Below, piece after piece: positions 1-13,289 of a stretch of DNA of 44,397 nt. This stretch comes from Kipferlia bialata. Lineage: Eukaryota. A program made the translations under genes and the position numbers. The DNA is taken from positions 1 to 44,397 of the forward strand of contig BDIP01000023.1 of assembly GCA_003568945.1 (NCBI GenBank). Reading direction: 5' to 3'. Numbering within the stretch: the first letter of the stretch is position 1; each line of letters starts with the position of its first letter. Below the pieces are notes generated by a model. It was not told the origin of the DNA. It was given only the letters and a program-made list of their open reading frames with translations, and ran no database searches.

Positions 1-3000
1 TCGAGGTTGAGACTGATGCTGGTGTGTCTGTTTCCACAGCGGACAAGGCCACCCCCCCCCCCCCCCCCCCCCCCCCGGCCGATATTACTTCTCCTCTTTC
101 CCATTTTGCTTCACTCCCTGTTCTCATATCGGATTGCAAAATCCTTATATCATGGATATTTCTACCTCAATCTCTCCCTGTCTCACACACAGGTGACGTC
201 TCTGCCAGTTCCAAGATCCAGGTCGCCATCGACGGTGTCATAGAGGAGCAGGGTCTAGTTGCTCAACAGGCAACTCTAGGTGGGGAGTTAGGGTGGGGGG
301 GGGGATGTTCGTGGTCTGATACTGATACTTGGATGTCAATATTAGTAGTTAGTTGTCAGTACTTGGAGGATACTCAACTTGTATGTATTGGACTTTTCTC
401 CCCATTCTAACCCAGACACCCAAATCAACTTCATGGATGCGAAGGGACAGTCCTTTTTCCAGCAGCTGCTAGAGGCAAGTGCCTCTTCCCAGGAGGCAGC
501 TGGGACACTCGGAGGCGAGGCAGTATCCTCTGTGGCTCTTCCAAAGGAGCAGGGGGCTACAGGTGCCAAGACTCCCCCTGAGCACGGAGAGCCAGTGCCA
601 GAGGGACTCCTATCAGAGGACCAATTAGGGCATCTGAGGCAGATTAAGGCGGAGGTGAGTTCGACTCAAGTATGCTATCAGAAATGCAATCATTACTTCT
701 ACTGAGAGACAATAAGCTTATTTCACAAGATTATTTTCATATTTCTGATACTGTGATGACCCCAGATTGTGAACTGGCACCGTGAGACCGACCGAGCCGA
801 GATGAACTGCCTACGCGGTGAGAGGAATGCCCTGAGGGACTCTCTCGCCAGAGCAGATAGAGTGATGTACCAGGGGAGAGCGACAGGTGTGTTCATATGT
901 ATACATATTCACTGGGGAAGCAAGAGAGGTAGTGTGGTCGGTTGTGTATCTATTCACTCAAACGCCCCTTCAGCTGTCAACTATCCTGATGCTACAACTA
1001 TTCCAACCTTGACTCCAGGTGAGTGGAAGCTCCGTCCAGACGCCCCACCTCTGGATTATGAAGCAGAGATCAAGCACCTGAGGGAGAGAGTAGATCAGGT
1101 GGGGGTTGTAAGAGTATCTCTTATCTATTTCTCCTATATTATATGTGATTTCTCTGGCTCTGATATCCAGGGATACAAGGCCAGAGAGTCAAAGGAGAAC
1201 TTGGTAGATCACTACTGCCAGTATCTCAGGAAGATACACCAAGATCTTCTCAGGTATATCTATCATTGTGACATATTGTTCGCCATACCAGAGATGTATA
1301 GTATTCTTTCGGGTACTCTTCTGTTCCCTTATGAGTTACTGTCTCATATGCAGAGTGTCCTATGGTCGGAAGGTAGATGCCGGAAAGGTGAAGGTCCTCC
1401 AGAAGGACTTGGCCGCACTGCAGCTCAGGTACGACAGAGAAACCAAAGCATTGAGGAGGGACCTTGCTAAGTCCGAGGGCCGCAGAAAGACTGAGAGGGG
1501 ATCTGCTGCCATTCTGCTGGCCAAAACTAGGAAGGCCAAGGGCCTGGATGGACCCACCAGTCAGGTGATACTCCCATACAACTCTTAGTTATACTGTATA
1601 GTGTTTATAGTATTATATCGATACTGATATGTATGGATGTGGTCTCTAAGACTTAGGTTCAGAAGGACCTCGACCAGGCAGAGAGAGAGGTGGAGCGGCT
1701 CACTGCTGTAGAGGCTGAGTTGAAGGGGAGGCTCAAGGAGAGTGAGGTTGGTGGTGTTTGTAGCCGTATACTCCTGGGTTCCTCCATACACCCCCTAATT
1801 GTTGCATCTGCTGACCTATCAGACAGCCCTGGTTGCCAGTCAGAACGAGGCTAAGGAGCTGAGACGCCAGACGGAGGCCCAGACGCAGGAGGTGTCTGTG
1901 GTGAGGGAGAGGATGAGGGAGCTGGTGGAGATGCAGGCGGCGCATGCGGAGATGAACCGGGTGGCCAGGTGCGATTGCTTCTCTTTGCTACACACAGTAT
2001 GTGACCCTTGTCTATACTCATTCCATATCCACTCGTCTAACACTTCAGCGCTCGGAGAAGTGCCAGAGAAGTGGCTGAGAGGGAGGACAAGGAGTCCCTG
2101 GCGCGGATTATGAAGGAGGTTGAGAGCCTCGCTGCTGATTTCCAGCAGGCTGTTGCTGAGGCAGAGAGAGAGAAGGGACTGAGGACCCAAGTGGAGGGTG
2201 AGCTCAAGGTGGCCAAGGCTGAGATCCAGAGACTAGTCGAGGCAGAAGCAGACGCAGAGGCTCGTCGGGAGCAGGAGAGAGAGGCAGAGGAGTCTGAGTC
2301 AGATGAGCCTCCAGTGGTGAGTTATATGTCTACATATATATGGCAATATCTTAATCATGGCAACACACTCATATTCTCACTCAAGGTCTTTGATGCGAGC
2401 ACTGTATCCCAAGGTGGTGAGATCCATGTCATGGGGGGAGTGCACTCTACGCACAAGGTACATATATGTATAGGATTTACACAACAACCAAGGTGCAGGC
2501 ATCTATACTGGTGTATGTTAGAGACACTATTGATACACTTACCCCAGGTGCAGGTGTATAACACAGAGACTGGGCTGTGGAGGCACTTAGTGGCACCTCC
2601 CTCCTCCTTCCAGAGGGGTACACCCAGTGTGGTGATGGAGACAGAGAGTGAGACAGACTCTGAGGGCGAGGACTCTGAGCCGAGTGAGGTGCAGAGAGAG
2701 AGGACGCAGCGGGAGGAGGCCGAGCGCACTGCCCTCTGTGCCATGTGTGTCCCTCTAGGTGTAGACATCGACGACCATCACTGCTGCAGCCTAGGGGATG
2801 TTGTCCTGCCCCACCTGGCTACTAGAGTCACCTCTCTGGAGGCTGATCTGGCGGGTCTCAAGTCGAGTGAGCAGGATGACTCTAACCTTGCCATCGCAGC
2901 AGTGGAGACCAGACTCTCCAGTCTAGAGGCACTCAGCGACGCATTCTGTGCCTTTTCCGACGACAACCTCAGTGACATCCGCTCCCTCATCGAGCGTGTC

Positions 3001-4027
3001 ACGGCGTTTGATATCCCCTCTCTTCACTCATCCATCGAGGAATTCCAGAAGTACCTCTCAGTGTCCCAGAAGTATGACAAGGCTTCTCTTGATCAATTCT
3101 TCGACGATCATCCGCTTACAGAGGTGACTCTTTTATTTCTTGGCGAGTGGCAACGTTTGCCACTCTTCCCGTCTGTAGCTATTGGCGGTATGCATATATA
3201 CTTCCATTGATACTAGTTTTGTAGTTCTCACCATTAGCTTGTGTCAGCAGACTGTGATGAAGTCAGCCGTAGGCTCCTCCCCCTCAATTACCAGATCATC
3301 AAGCAGATGAATTTTACTAGGACCTTTGAAGAGGGCTTACCCAAAGTCCTAAGGGATGCACTAGAGCTCTGCAGTGATGTGATGCGTGTGAGGCTCATCC
3401 CCCTGCCTCAGAACACCACTATCCTCTCCTTCCCCGACCAGCAGAAGTACTTCAAAGCCGAGGGGTACAACACAGAGGTGCGCACTCTCTTCTCGGTAGC
3501 CAGTGTGCTGCTCGACTCCCACAGTGTCTTGGAGGAGTATGAAGAGGCCCATAGGGCAGCTCCTCAGAAGGCTAAGGACCTTTTGCATCTGATCAGGAGG
3601 GCCAGGACTCTGAGGGAGCGGCTCTCCAGTCTGAGTGCCAGACACACTGAGGCCACTGCCCTGCTGCATGAGTACCAGAGTCTGTTTGTGGAGGCAGAGA
3701 CGGAGCTGGCAGTGACTGAGGCCTCCATAGCCAGTGGGACCAAGCAGCTCCAGCACCTGCGCAACTCTGGCAAGCGCAGCAGGAAGCTCAAGGTATAACT
3801 GTACAGTGTATAACCTATATACAAATGTATTCCAGATACATACTTAGTGTGCCAGTAATGTCTTATGCCAGGAGCTGGCCTCCCTCCGGACCAAGCTGAT
3901 GGGACTGCAGAAGCAGGTGGAGCAGAGGGATAGCATCAGGGAGAGACTGACCCACCATCTCATCTTCCCAGAGGTGGCAGCAGCCCTTGGTCTGCCCCAG
4001 CAGCCCCTAGAGCCAGAGGAGGAGTAG
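1..4027 (+). CDS. Multi-exon coiled-coil protein with a remnant kelch-like blade; 5' end lies upstream of the window
   Basis: About a dozen phase-compatible GT-AG exons can be chained (approx. 194-279, 416-654, 766-886, 1019-1098, 1171-1253, 1354-1565, 1657-1746, 1823-1968, 2049-2316, 2386-2457, 2548-3123, 3238-3792, 3872-4027). They encode E/R/K/L-rich heptad segments and one kelch-like stretch (IHVMGGVHSTHK|VQVYNTETGLW), and end ...HLIFPEVAAALGLPQQPLEPEEE* (TAG 4025-4027). Confidence 0.8.
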
Positions 4028-4928
4028 CTTCAGTGAAGCGGTAGACTATCACTGACAGTATGTATGACACATACTATGTCATCAGCTTGGACAGCACCAT
4101 CATTTTCAACTACATATTCATTCACTGCTTTCTTTAGCCCTCCAATAGATTGACACAATAATTGTTGTTTAGACTCGATATAACGATTTCTGCATATTCT
4201 TGAGACTCTCAAGGTGAGAGGCAACTGAGGTATGTGGTCTTTGCGTTGCCATGACCACGACAACCTCTGACCTGGTGCCTAAAGGCCTAGTAGTAGTAGG
4301 CAAATATCACGTAGTGAACAGAGATCACTCAATTAGTACTGACTTTCTATATCGGGTCCCAGTGTATCATGTTGAGCCTCTAGGATGAAGAGAGGAGAGG
4401 TATGCAGTGTTCATATGCCAGACACTGAGAACTTCTCAGTGAGAAGCATCCATAAATAGTGTTCACTGCATTAGGGACTATATGCAATACCTGTTAAGTA
4501 TGATTGACCCGGGAAGATATCAAAGAAGCGCGTATGAAATACAGTCTATTGGAATAGAAATTTAGGCAGCAACATGGGGATGAGTGTTGTATAGGACAGG
4601 GGGGACACTGGAGAGACTCTCAGTAACAGTGTTCACAGCATCAGTCTACGCCTTGGATGTTTCATTGTGCTGACCAGGGACTTGTTGTCTTGCCTAATAG
4701 CATCTGGTACCTCTTGCCAACCTTGGGGTGAGAGAGATATGGATTATGTGGCATCGGCGACAATGAGGACAACTTGGGAAATGGCAATGTAATCTGAGAA
4801 CTATAACACACTGTCACTAGAGTAGAATCCAAAGAGAAGTATTGTTACACACATGGTGGAGGAATAGGATTGGGATCCAATTGTATTTGATGACATATGA
4901 CTATGGATGTACGGTACATCCGATGTAC

Positions 4929-5573
4929 CTCCTTCCATGTCCTCCCTGCCACCAGTGAGGCCGCACTCCTCCAGCCCTCCCTGGTGTTGCCTGGAGTGAG
5001 AAGAAGTTAGAGTAACATGCAATTGTCTCTTATCAAAGGATACGTTGTAATACTAGAGATGTGTGTAGAGGGTACCACTCACCGAAGTATGCCACTCCCT
5101 CCAGTATCACACTGTCCTCCTCTGGGGAGAATGGCACACACTGCATATCCCTAGTGCCCCCACCGCACACTCCAATCTTGGTCAGGAGGGCAGGACTAGG
5201 GAGTGTCATATCGATGAGAGAGCCGTTGTGAGAGGACATGTGAGGTGAGGACACCTCTCCCATTGGCACAGCACTACTCTCTAACACAGGGGTGTTGGGT
5301 GGGAGCGATAGGTCCCATGTCGCTCTTACAGTAGGTGTACCCTCCAGTGCACAAGTATCAGCTGAGGCACCAGAGTATCTGTCCCTGTCGATGGTCTCTC
5401 CATAGACGTGGCAGGATGCTGACTGAATGGCATCCCACTCATACTCCATGGCAGACAGCACCTTGTGTGAGAAGTCTCTATACCAGTTGGGATACCTCAC
5501 CATAATACTACTATACCTGCCCCGTGACGCACTCTCCCAGGCCCAGGGTGTAGTCCTCAGGGCTTGAGCACAT
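4929..5573 (-). CDS. Hypothetical spliced protein; 3' end unresolved (continues below 4929)
   Basis: ATG 5573 MCSSPEDYTLGLGECVTGQ, phase-0 intron 5516-5462, then in frame with the 5033-5503 ORF (VLSAMEYEW...GVAYFG|gtgagt) and a further exon GNTREGWRSAASLVAGRTWKE|gtacat. No domain recognised. Confidence 0.5.
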
Positions 5574-6006
5574 CTCTGGGAGATGATCTCTCTCTCTTCG
5601 CAAACTGTGTGTGTCTTAGGACTCGCAGATATGACGTTCTAACAATTCAGAACCAAACTTGTACCGGGTTTGTGTGAGAGATAGCCACTCTCTTATAGCA
5701 ACAAGGGTGTGAGGCTATCTATTTGTGGACCAGCTCTCCTGTAGTGTCAACAGTGTATGTACACTACAGTGAGATCAATCACTGAAGCGGCACTAAGTGG
5801 AGACACCAGAAGTGATGGCTGTTGAGTGATAACCTTGATGTCTACAGTGATACTATCTCAGTATACTGTTATCGGCAGGGCATACACGATTCTTTACAAC
5901 CAATCCATTCTGACTCTATACCTCAACCTTTGTGCCTGAGTCTCAGACTATTTCAAGTGGCTCATATCCAACGTGTGAACTCCACACCCTTAAACCCCCA
6001 TAGACA

Positions 6007-8485
6007 ATGGAGCTGTCTCTGTCACCAATTGGTATCCCTCACTACCCTGTGCAGCGGTCTGCTGTAGCATGGATGAGTACCACCAACCCAGATGGTACCA
6101 TACCCACGCTGCGAGAGGGACAGCCATGGCAGGTCATGGTTGTCGGGGAGAACGCCCTGAGAGCCGAGCACTGCGTCGTGTTCTCCATATTCATCAGCCA
6201 TGGGGAGGTTGGGTGCAGGGCTGTTGAGAGCTTTCGTCCTCCCTGTGAGGGTACTACCAACCACCACACCCTCACACGGGTAGGTGGTATCGTGTATCTC
6301 TTTGGGGGAGCAACAGGCCCCCTCCCCCCATCGAGGCAAGACCTAGTCAGAGGCTGGTATGGCTACATGAACAGAGAAATGGGTGTCTACACGGTGAGTG
6401 ACCACAGTTGGTCCAAGGTCTCACTGGACGGAGGAGTGCCACCCAGGTACATGCACACTGCATTTGCCTGCAACAACGAGCTGTGGGTGTGTGGAGGTGT
6501 TGACAAGTCGGGTAGATACCTCTCAGATACCTGGTGCTACAACCCGTCCAGCAAGTGCTGGTCCATGGGGCCAGCACTGCCTGTTACTCTGGTAATGGGC
6601 GCTGGATGCACAGACTCTAAGGGGGTGGTGCATATAGTGGGGGGCCAGACATCACGTAACCTACATCTCTCTCTCATTAACGGGGTATGGTCCAGAAGGT
6701 CCCTTCCATTCTCCTGCTATGGTGCAGGAGTTGCCTGCATTGAAGACCATATGTGGGTGGTAGGAGGGGTAGGCCATGAGGCAGGTGTACATGGGTACAA
6801 CACGAGCACAGGTCTTTGGACAACACCCGCACCTTCTGCGCCAAACCTCACTCTTTCAAATGGGGATGTTCAGTACAGAGAGGTCATGACAATAGTAGAC
6901 TCCTCTGGACCAGTGGGTCACAGCAGTATTGGCGGATACACAGACATGTGCATCCTGGGTCCCCATGGGGTGCTTGTCCATGGCACATCAGGCACCTACA
7001 TTGGTGTCGACACCCAGGTGAGAGACAGGGTTGCTGCTGAGTCGGATGCTGTTCAGATGGCTAACAAAGCTTTGTGTGAGTTTGTCTCGCTTTGCCGGGA
7101 GCTACATGGCCAGTGTGCGAAGATGTCGGAGAAACTATCCACACTCTCTCCTCCCACACTCGCAACACTGATGGATCACCACGCAATGCCGGACACACCC
7201 TCTTTACCAATGGTTCATCTATACAGTGGAGACCAGAACACTTTGGTGTCCATGCTGCGCAGTATGAGCGTACAGCAACCTGTAGGCGGTCTTGCAGTTC
7301 CCCTTATGGAATCTCTTGCAGACGCTGAGTTTCCAATGGGTCCCTCGCTGGCTGCATGTAGTCTCTACCGGGAGGGAGATGCAGAGACCAAGGGTCAGAT
7401 AGCCGCTGCATATGGTGCCCTCGGCCGCCTCCTTGCAGTGACAATGCTGCAACAAAACATCCCTGACGGTGTGTTAGGGACCACTGTCATAGTTGGTCTA
7501 CATCCAGAAGGAAAGGCACTCCTACACGATCCTAAGATAGTCTCAGGTCTCTTCAGGGCCGACTTTCCTCGGCAGTGCCAGTCCTTAGACACCGTATGTG
7601 CTAATCCTACTGGATTGGATGTGCGCTTCTCTGACATACCTGGATGTACCAGCACTGAGGTGTTTGGTTTGCGATAACTGTTCTAATACATATCTAATAC
7701 CTATTTTCTTACTCTCTGCATCAATTTTAACCCATGTGCTATCTGTTGACAACGTGGCTGCGTTCCGTCCAGCCTATGAGAGGGGTTATGTGGATCTGAT
7801 GATGGAAGGAGTGTCTCTGATTACAACTGGATTCATGTCTGTAGACGACCGCTGGGAGACTGTTGTGACTGGGCTTCCCTTCCACTGCTTCTCTCGTGCA
7901 TTCCAAGGCATACCTACCTTATCTGCAGAGCGGTATCTCGGTGTCCTTGATATCGCCGACGACTCTCTTCGTCAGTCATTCAGGGGTGTAGTGAATAGGC
8001 TCTGCAACACTGGTGACCAGGCAACACTGCGCCACATTCTGCTCTTTGCCACTGGGTCCGGTGTGTTTCCACGTGACAAGATCACTCTGGTCCTCCAGTC
8101 AGACGAGACGATCCCAGTAGTCACATCCCATACATGCAGCCGCACCGTCAGTGTCCCCAGTTCTGCTCTGGATCATTTAGAGGCAGCACTCAAGGATAGT
8201 ATGCAGGAGTGTTGCCAAAATGCAGGATGCACCAATGATAGCGACACCCCCCAGTGGATGATACTCGAGCAACTCATCCTGGACACCCTTAACAGCACCC
8301 TCAATGAGTTCAGAATACTGGCCCCTGGTATCCACTCCTGTCCAAGCTGTGGAGTGGCAGTGATAAAGACAGAGGGGTGCAACCATGTGGAGTGCAGATG
8401 CGGCACGCACTGGTGCTTCGAGTGTGGGTTCAAAGGTCGTGCCAGGGAAGAGGTGTACAGGCACATGAGCAAGGCAGGACACTAA
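6007..8485 (+). CDS. Kelch-repeat + HECT + RBR-type Rcat (RING2) E3 ubiquitin ligase, ~800 aa, two exons (6007-7659, 7736-8485)
   Basis: Kelch blades: HTLTRVGGIVYLFGG, PPRYMHTAFACNNELWVCGG...YLSDTWCYNPSSKCW, HIVGG, WVVGG. HECT motifs in the expected order: GGLAVPLMESLADAEF, YGALGRLLAVTM, DFPRQCQSLDTV, LDVRFS, VLSVDNVAAF, TGFMSV, LRHILLFATGSGVFP, TSHTCSRTVSVP (catalytic Cys codon 8135-8137). Rcat: CPSCGVAVIKTEGCNHVECRCGTHWCFEC...VYRHM (GCNH Cys codon 8378-8380). Confidence 0.88.
7660..7735 (+). other. Candidate non-canonical GT-AT intron (76 nt) in the E3 ligase gene
   Basis: AT-rich segment gtgttt...ttttaacccat containing no AG dinucleotide. Removing it joins the two ORFs in phase 0 and restores HECT continuity (CTSTE|VLSVDN). 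Confidence 0.6.
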
Positions 8486-8750
8486 TTGTTAGTGTGTCAC
8501 CCCATTATTGCGAGATATTCCCAGCCACCAATAGATAATGGTGCACTATCGACAGCCGGTACTTAACAGTTGTTGAATCACTCGTTTAGCATTACTCAGT
8601 TCCATCATGGAACTTCCATGCGAAATTACTTCGGTATTCGTCCTCTATTGACGTGATACTATATTGTATGTGTTTCTAGAGAACTGTAGTGGTGCAAGAG
8701 TACTAAGAAGTACAGTGGCTTCCTTATATTCTCTCCGGTGAGGAGGACCG

Positions 8751-11700
8751 CTAGGCCTTCCTGGTGCAGAAGTAGAGGCATCTCGCTGCGTTATTCCACC
8801 GATGGGCTAGGAAGACCCATCCTTCACTGGTGGTACCAAGAAGGACCACTCTCCCGTATTGCGCCGCAGTGTCAGTTGGCTGATGTGAGGGTATGCAGAG
8901 ACACTTAGCTCTACCCGAAATCCCATAAATCATTCGCTATTCCTATATCCGTACCCTGTCTGACTCTGTGAGGTAGCCACTGACTGTATCGTAGCTACTG
9001 ACACACATCTCTACGCAAGGTAGTGGAGAGTTGTCCATCCAGCAGCGTAGCCCGTCTGGTGCAAGGAGATACTCCCTACCAATGACCAAGGGTATCCCTT
9101 GCCAACTACCATGTACACTTACGACGTAGTTTGTGTCCTGCGGTGAACTCCCCCTTACAGACACGCCGCTGCAGTGAGGTAGAGTGTCATGACTCCAGTA
9201 CGCACAAGGGGACAGGGACGCATGGCGTTTGGTCCTCGGTGAGTAGTGCACAATATGGGCTGTGTCGTGAACCAGAGCACAGTGCAGAGACGTGCGACAG
9301 TTACCATCAGTATCAGGCCAGCGCATCCATTGCTGTGTGGTAAGGCCTATTCCATGTAGATTGACGATATGTTGTATGGGTGTACTTGGTAGCTTACCTC
9401 CTCTTCTATGTCGAAGGCCAAGCACAGGTGCTTGTGCAACAGAACCAAGTAGTTGGGAACATATATCAGGCTAGGCAAAGAAAGTCCTGTCGACTTGAGC
9501 TCGTCATGCCGGAGTCTAAGGCTCCATTCTGGCATTCGGACTCTGCTCCATGTGTGAGTTGCGAGGTCAAACGTCACGATGGTATCCGAGTCGGGGATAC
9601 ATAGATAGACTCTACTCTCGTCAGTCACTACTTTAGTGCGCATCGCATTGATTTTTCGCTGGCTAACAGTACAATCTGAGAAGGGGCCTCCTGCAACTGC
9701 TGTCCAAGTGACGGATGGGCGCATCTCATCACTCTGAGTTCCACTCTCTACCTTGGAGAACCACCACTGGTCTTCTATCAGGAGCAGAGCGCACGCAGGG
9801 GGTATTGCATAGGACAACAGGACATCTCCAGTCGGAATAGTGTGTTGCACTTCTAGCAGGGTGTATGAGAGCTCGGCAACCGCTGGGGCTTCGACCAGTG
9901 AGACTCGCTCAATGTATGGTTTGACAGCGCGGTCCCTATTGGTAGTATGTGCAGATGAAACCGCAGCACTTGTCACCACAGTGCGTATAGCAGCAGGTGT
10001 TGTTGGGTGAAAGCGAACACTAGACACTACTCCAACCTGGTGCAGGAGGGTGAGAATGTGTCTCACGTTGTGACAAGTGAGTGACGCTTGGTTGAGGTCT
10101 AAAGTGTGTGTGTGGATTGTGGGTCTCTTCGGTAGCATCACACTTAGGACCAAGGCGTGGCTCTCGGTGACACTCTGTAGCCGAGAGGCAATAGTGCAGA
10201 GAGCAGCTATCACTGGTAAGTCATCCCTCGGCATACCAGGGTTGAACAACGGAGTCCCGTCCGCGATCTGGCTCTCCGTGGCAGAGTTTAACAATGCATC
10301 CTTCAGTATCTGCAATGGGTGAGTACCGTCCATAAGAAGGGGTAGCAGTTTGGGAATGCTGGCGTCACCACATACTCTCTGCAGTGATAAGGCTATACAG
10401 TGGCACATGTAGTGCAGAGCAGGTGACATCGAGAGGCAGTGCTCAATGGCAGTTCTCAGACATGACGCTAGCGCTATGTCTTGACATACATATGCTGCGA
10501 GGTACAGTTGCACAGGTGTGTCTCTACCATCTCTTGGAACACATCCAGTGTCAAGGTATGTTGACATACCAGAATATATCTGGTCTACTCTTCTCTGGAG
10601 CACTATCTCAATGTATGCTTGATAGGTTGGAAGACCAGTGTACATGTCTCTGAGAATACAGCTGTATTGGGCTGACACATGTAGACTGCTGACCACTGAG
10701 TCTATGGCAGAGACAACCAGACCACCGATCAGGTGATGGGTGTCAGGACACTCCACTGCAAGATGCAGGAACTTCTCGATCAGAATAGGGGTCTTAGACT
10801 CCATCTCATGTGGTGGCGTTGAACGTGTTGTAGCAGTTCCCCCACAACTGAGGTGTTGAAACACCGCAAGGATAAGGCTGGGCCAGTTGTAGGAAACCTG
10901 GTAATGTGACAGGATATCTCTCAGTGTGTCGTTCAAAGACGGAATACCGAGTTTAGCCACAGCCCGTGCCACTAGACACATCCATATAGGAGGGGTGCAA
11001 TCAATCGTCTGCCAACGTCGTGCAATGTGGGTCAGAACACTCTGCGGATCCATAGTGCAGTTCTGTGACGTGTCTGAGAGGGCCTGAGGACTCTGAACAG
11101 ATAGTAGGGACGTGCTGGGACATATACTTACTTCAAGGTCGTTATATACCAAGACCCTTCGAGCTCTGTAATGGCGAGTGTCATACCCGGCTAGAAGGAG
11201 CAGGCATGTATCCACCCCTGTGCGACAGCCAAAGGCATTTGTGTCAAAGGGAGGGCAATGACTCCCACGTGGTAGTATTCGTGATACTTCGCTGGCCCAA
11301 TGCAATTTCACAATACTAGGGTCGTCATCTGTGAAGGGATCCTGGGTGAGATACACCCAGTCCCCCAAACATGTGGCTGTTGTACATCTCCCAAGTGGTA
11401 GCGGGTTGTGTATTCTCCAGCCTGCACAGGGTGACAGTGAGAGATGGAAACCATTTAGCCCAAAGATGTGAAGGTCGTCTGCTATCCATTGAACAGGACA
11501 GCCGGTGTCCATAGGCAGAGCGTGTCCTCTATCGTCTGTTGGAACGTCCATAAGGGTCTGCCACACCTGCAAATCGGTCTCATATCTCCAGGTGTCACTC
11601 AGGTAATCTCCACGCCTTTGCGGCAAATGCGAGAATTGAGGATAGCCCCCAGCAACAATGACAGAGGGGCCATCTGAGGCAGTGACGCAATTGGCTCTCC

Positions 11701-12477
11701 CAAGAGGGTACATACCAGGATCCATTGCCTCTGGAGGTACTTCCATCACCCACTGCATAGCGTCAGTGTCCAGTCGGAGGAGACCCATAGGTGAGCCGTC
11801 CACCTCAGGATGTCGTTGGACGGGATAGTACACGCTGTTGCCGACCTGAGCGCCCTGGGGGTCAGACGTGACACTTAGGGGATACGCAGTTGTTGTCTTT
11901 ATCCGTTGGAAAGGGTGTCACTTTACCTTGAGGTTGATGGAGTATAGTTGCATCTCTGGTGGCATGTGCCCAACAGCCCTCCACTCCCAGGTCACGCAGG
12001 GGTCATGTTGTCTGTCGGTGAGGGGATAATGATCACTATAGCGGCATATACTGTATACTGTACAGTGCCCACTAGAAGGCCTCAGAATTCAAAGAAGACT
12101 TCAGTGCCGTTGTGGAATGATTGGTGTGTCCCACAGTTTGTAGTTCATAGTGTATGAAACCACACAAGTACAGTCATATGTTTGTGTCTTGTTATAGCAG
12201 GTGACAACACCTACCTCCGTCTCCCCATGTACACCTGACGGCTGGGTACTGGCTGAGAGCGTCTGACAAAGAGGACGCGTCCATCAGCGAGGCCCGTGAG
12301 TCCAGCGTCTAGCATGTGGACAGTGGTGTCTCTAGGTAGATATGGCAGCCACACTACCAGCTCTCCATCCTGGTCTCTCTCAGGCCCATGCCTCACTCCC
12401 TGTACAGTCCGGTGGGCATCAGTTGGTTGGGGGACACTAAGGATTGGTATCAATTCAACCTCAGGGGGGTTATCCAT
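8751..12477 (-). CDS. Large multi-exon protein: kelch-like propeller, helical region, second kelch-like propeller (paralog A)
   Basis: Start ORF 12477 MDNPPEV...RR|gtaggt; exon ~12012-11926 (QHDPCVTWEWRAVGH...LK|gtaaag); long exon ~11855-9396 (kelch: VIVAGG...YLSDTWRYETDLQVW; RVYLC...VTFDLATHTW); exon ~9333-8954; last exon PTDTAAQ...CTRKA* ending 8751. Junctions are phase-compatible. Confidence 0.75.
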
Positions 12478-13289
12478 GTTGGTGTGGTATGTCTCTGTTA
12501 CTGGTATTCCAATTGATGTCAGTTCGACACTAGGGTATGGTGGAGAGGGTACCGGATGATTCAGGTGTGCTATTGATACTCATTGGGAGTTTTGATGGTT
12601 TCAAAGGTCCGGACATCATAGGTCAACAGTGATGAATATCATTCTTGTACTATGGCGATACTATTAGAGCCGGAAACAGATATTTGTGATATCTATTCAT
12701 ACACTCTCCCACCCTATGGTTCTATGCGCTGGTATGGCGCCTCTCTCGCCTTGACCCCCATGGTCAGACCGACCCAGAAGACCAGCACCCCCCCTGCTAT
12801 CACACCCACCACCTCCAGCACTGTCCACAGTGTGGACTCCACACCACACCCTCCCACTAAGAAGGGGGGGCAGGGTGGGAGTCTAGGTACATAGAGCCTA
12901 GCGTGTAGGGCAGGTCTCCCACAATGTCTTCCACATAATGAACATCCAGTTGAATGGCTGTGGGGAACGGGCCAGCAGATGTGCTTGATGGAGTTCATCT
13001 GCGGCTGAGAGTATTCATATATATAATAATGGGTACAATTGTCATATATGTTCAGTGACTTTCCATGGAGTATGGGCCGATAGTGGTGTAAATATATGGG
13101 TGTACTATGATGCATGCAATACATGTATTTCAAATTCAATTTATCGCGCAGTGGTCAAGGAAGGAAGAAGACATAGAAAAGGGGTCACTCATTCTGAAAC
13201 CCGTTTCCGATATCATCACACTCATTTCACTCACTCCACGTCCTACATCAACTCCTGCCTCGCAAATCTCAACAGCCGTCTCCCAAGTT

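Noticed and set aside
4423..4441. Perfect 9-bp inverted repeat cactgagaa-c-ttctcagtg
   Set aside because: Short, single, with no TSD or transposase context; compatible with chance.
12714..13139. Minus-strand ORF ending in a TM-like segment (LWTVLEVVGVIAGGVLVFWVGL)
   Set aside because: No convincing start or phase-compatible upstream exon found. It could be a small gene or relic, but cannot be supported.
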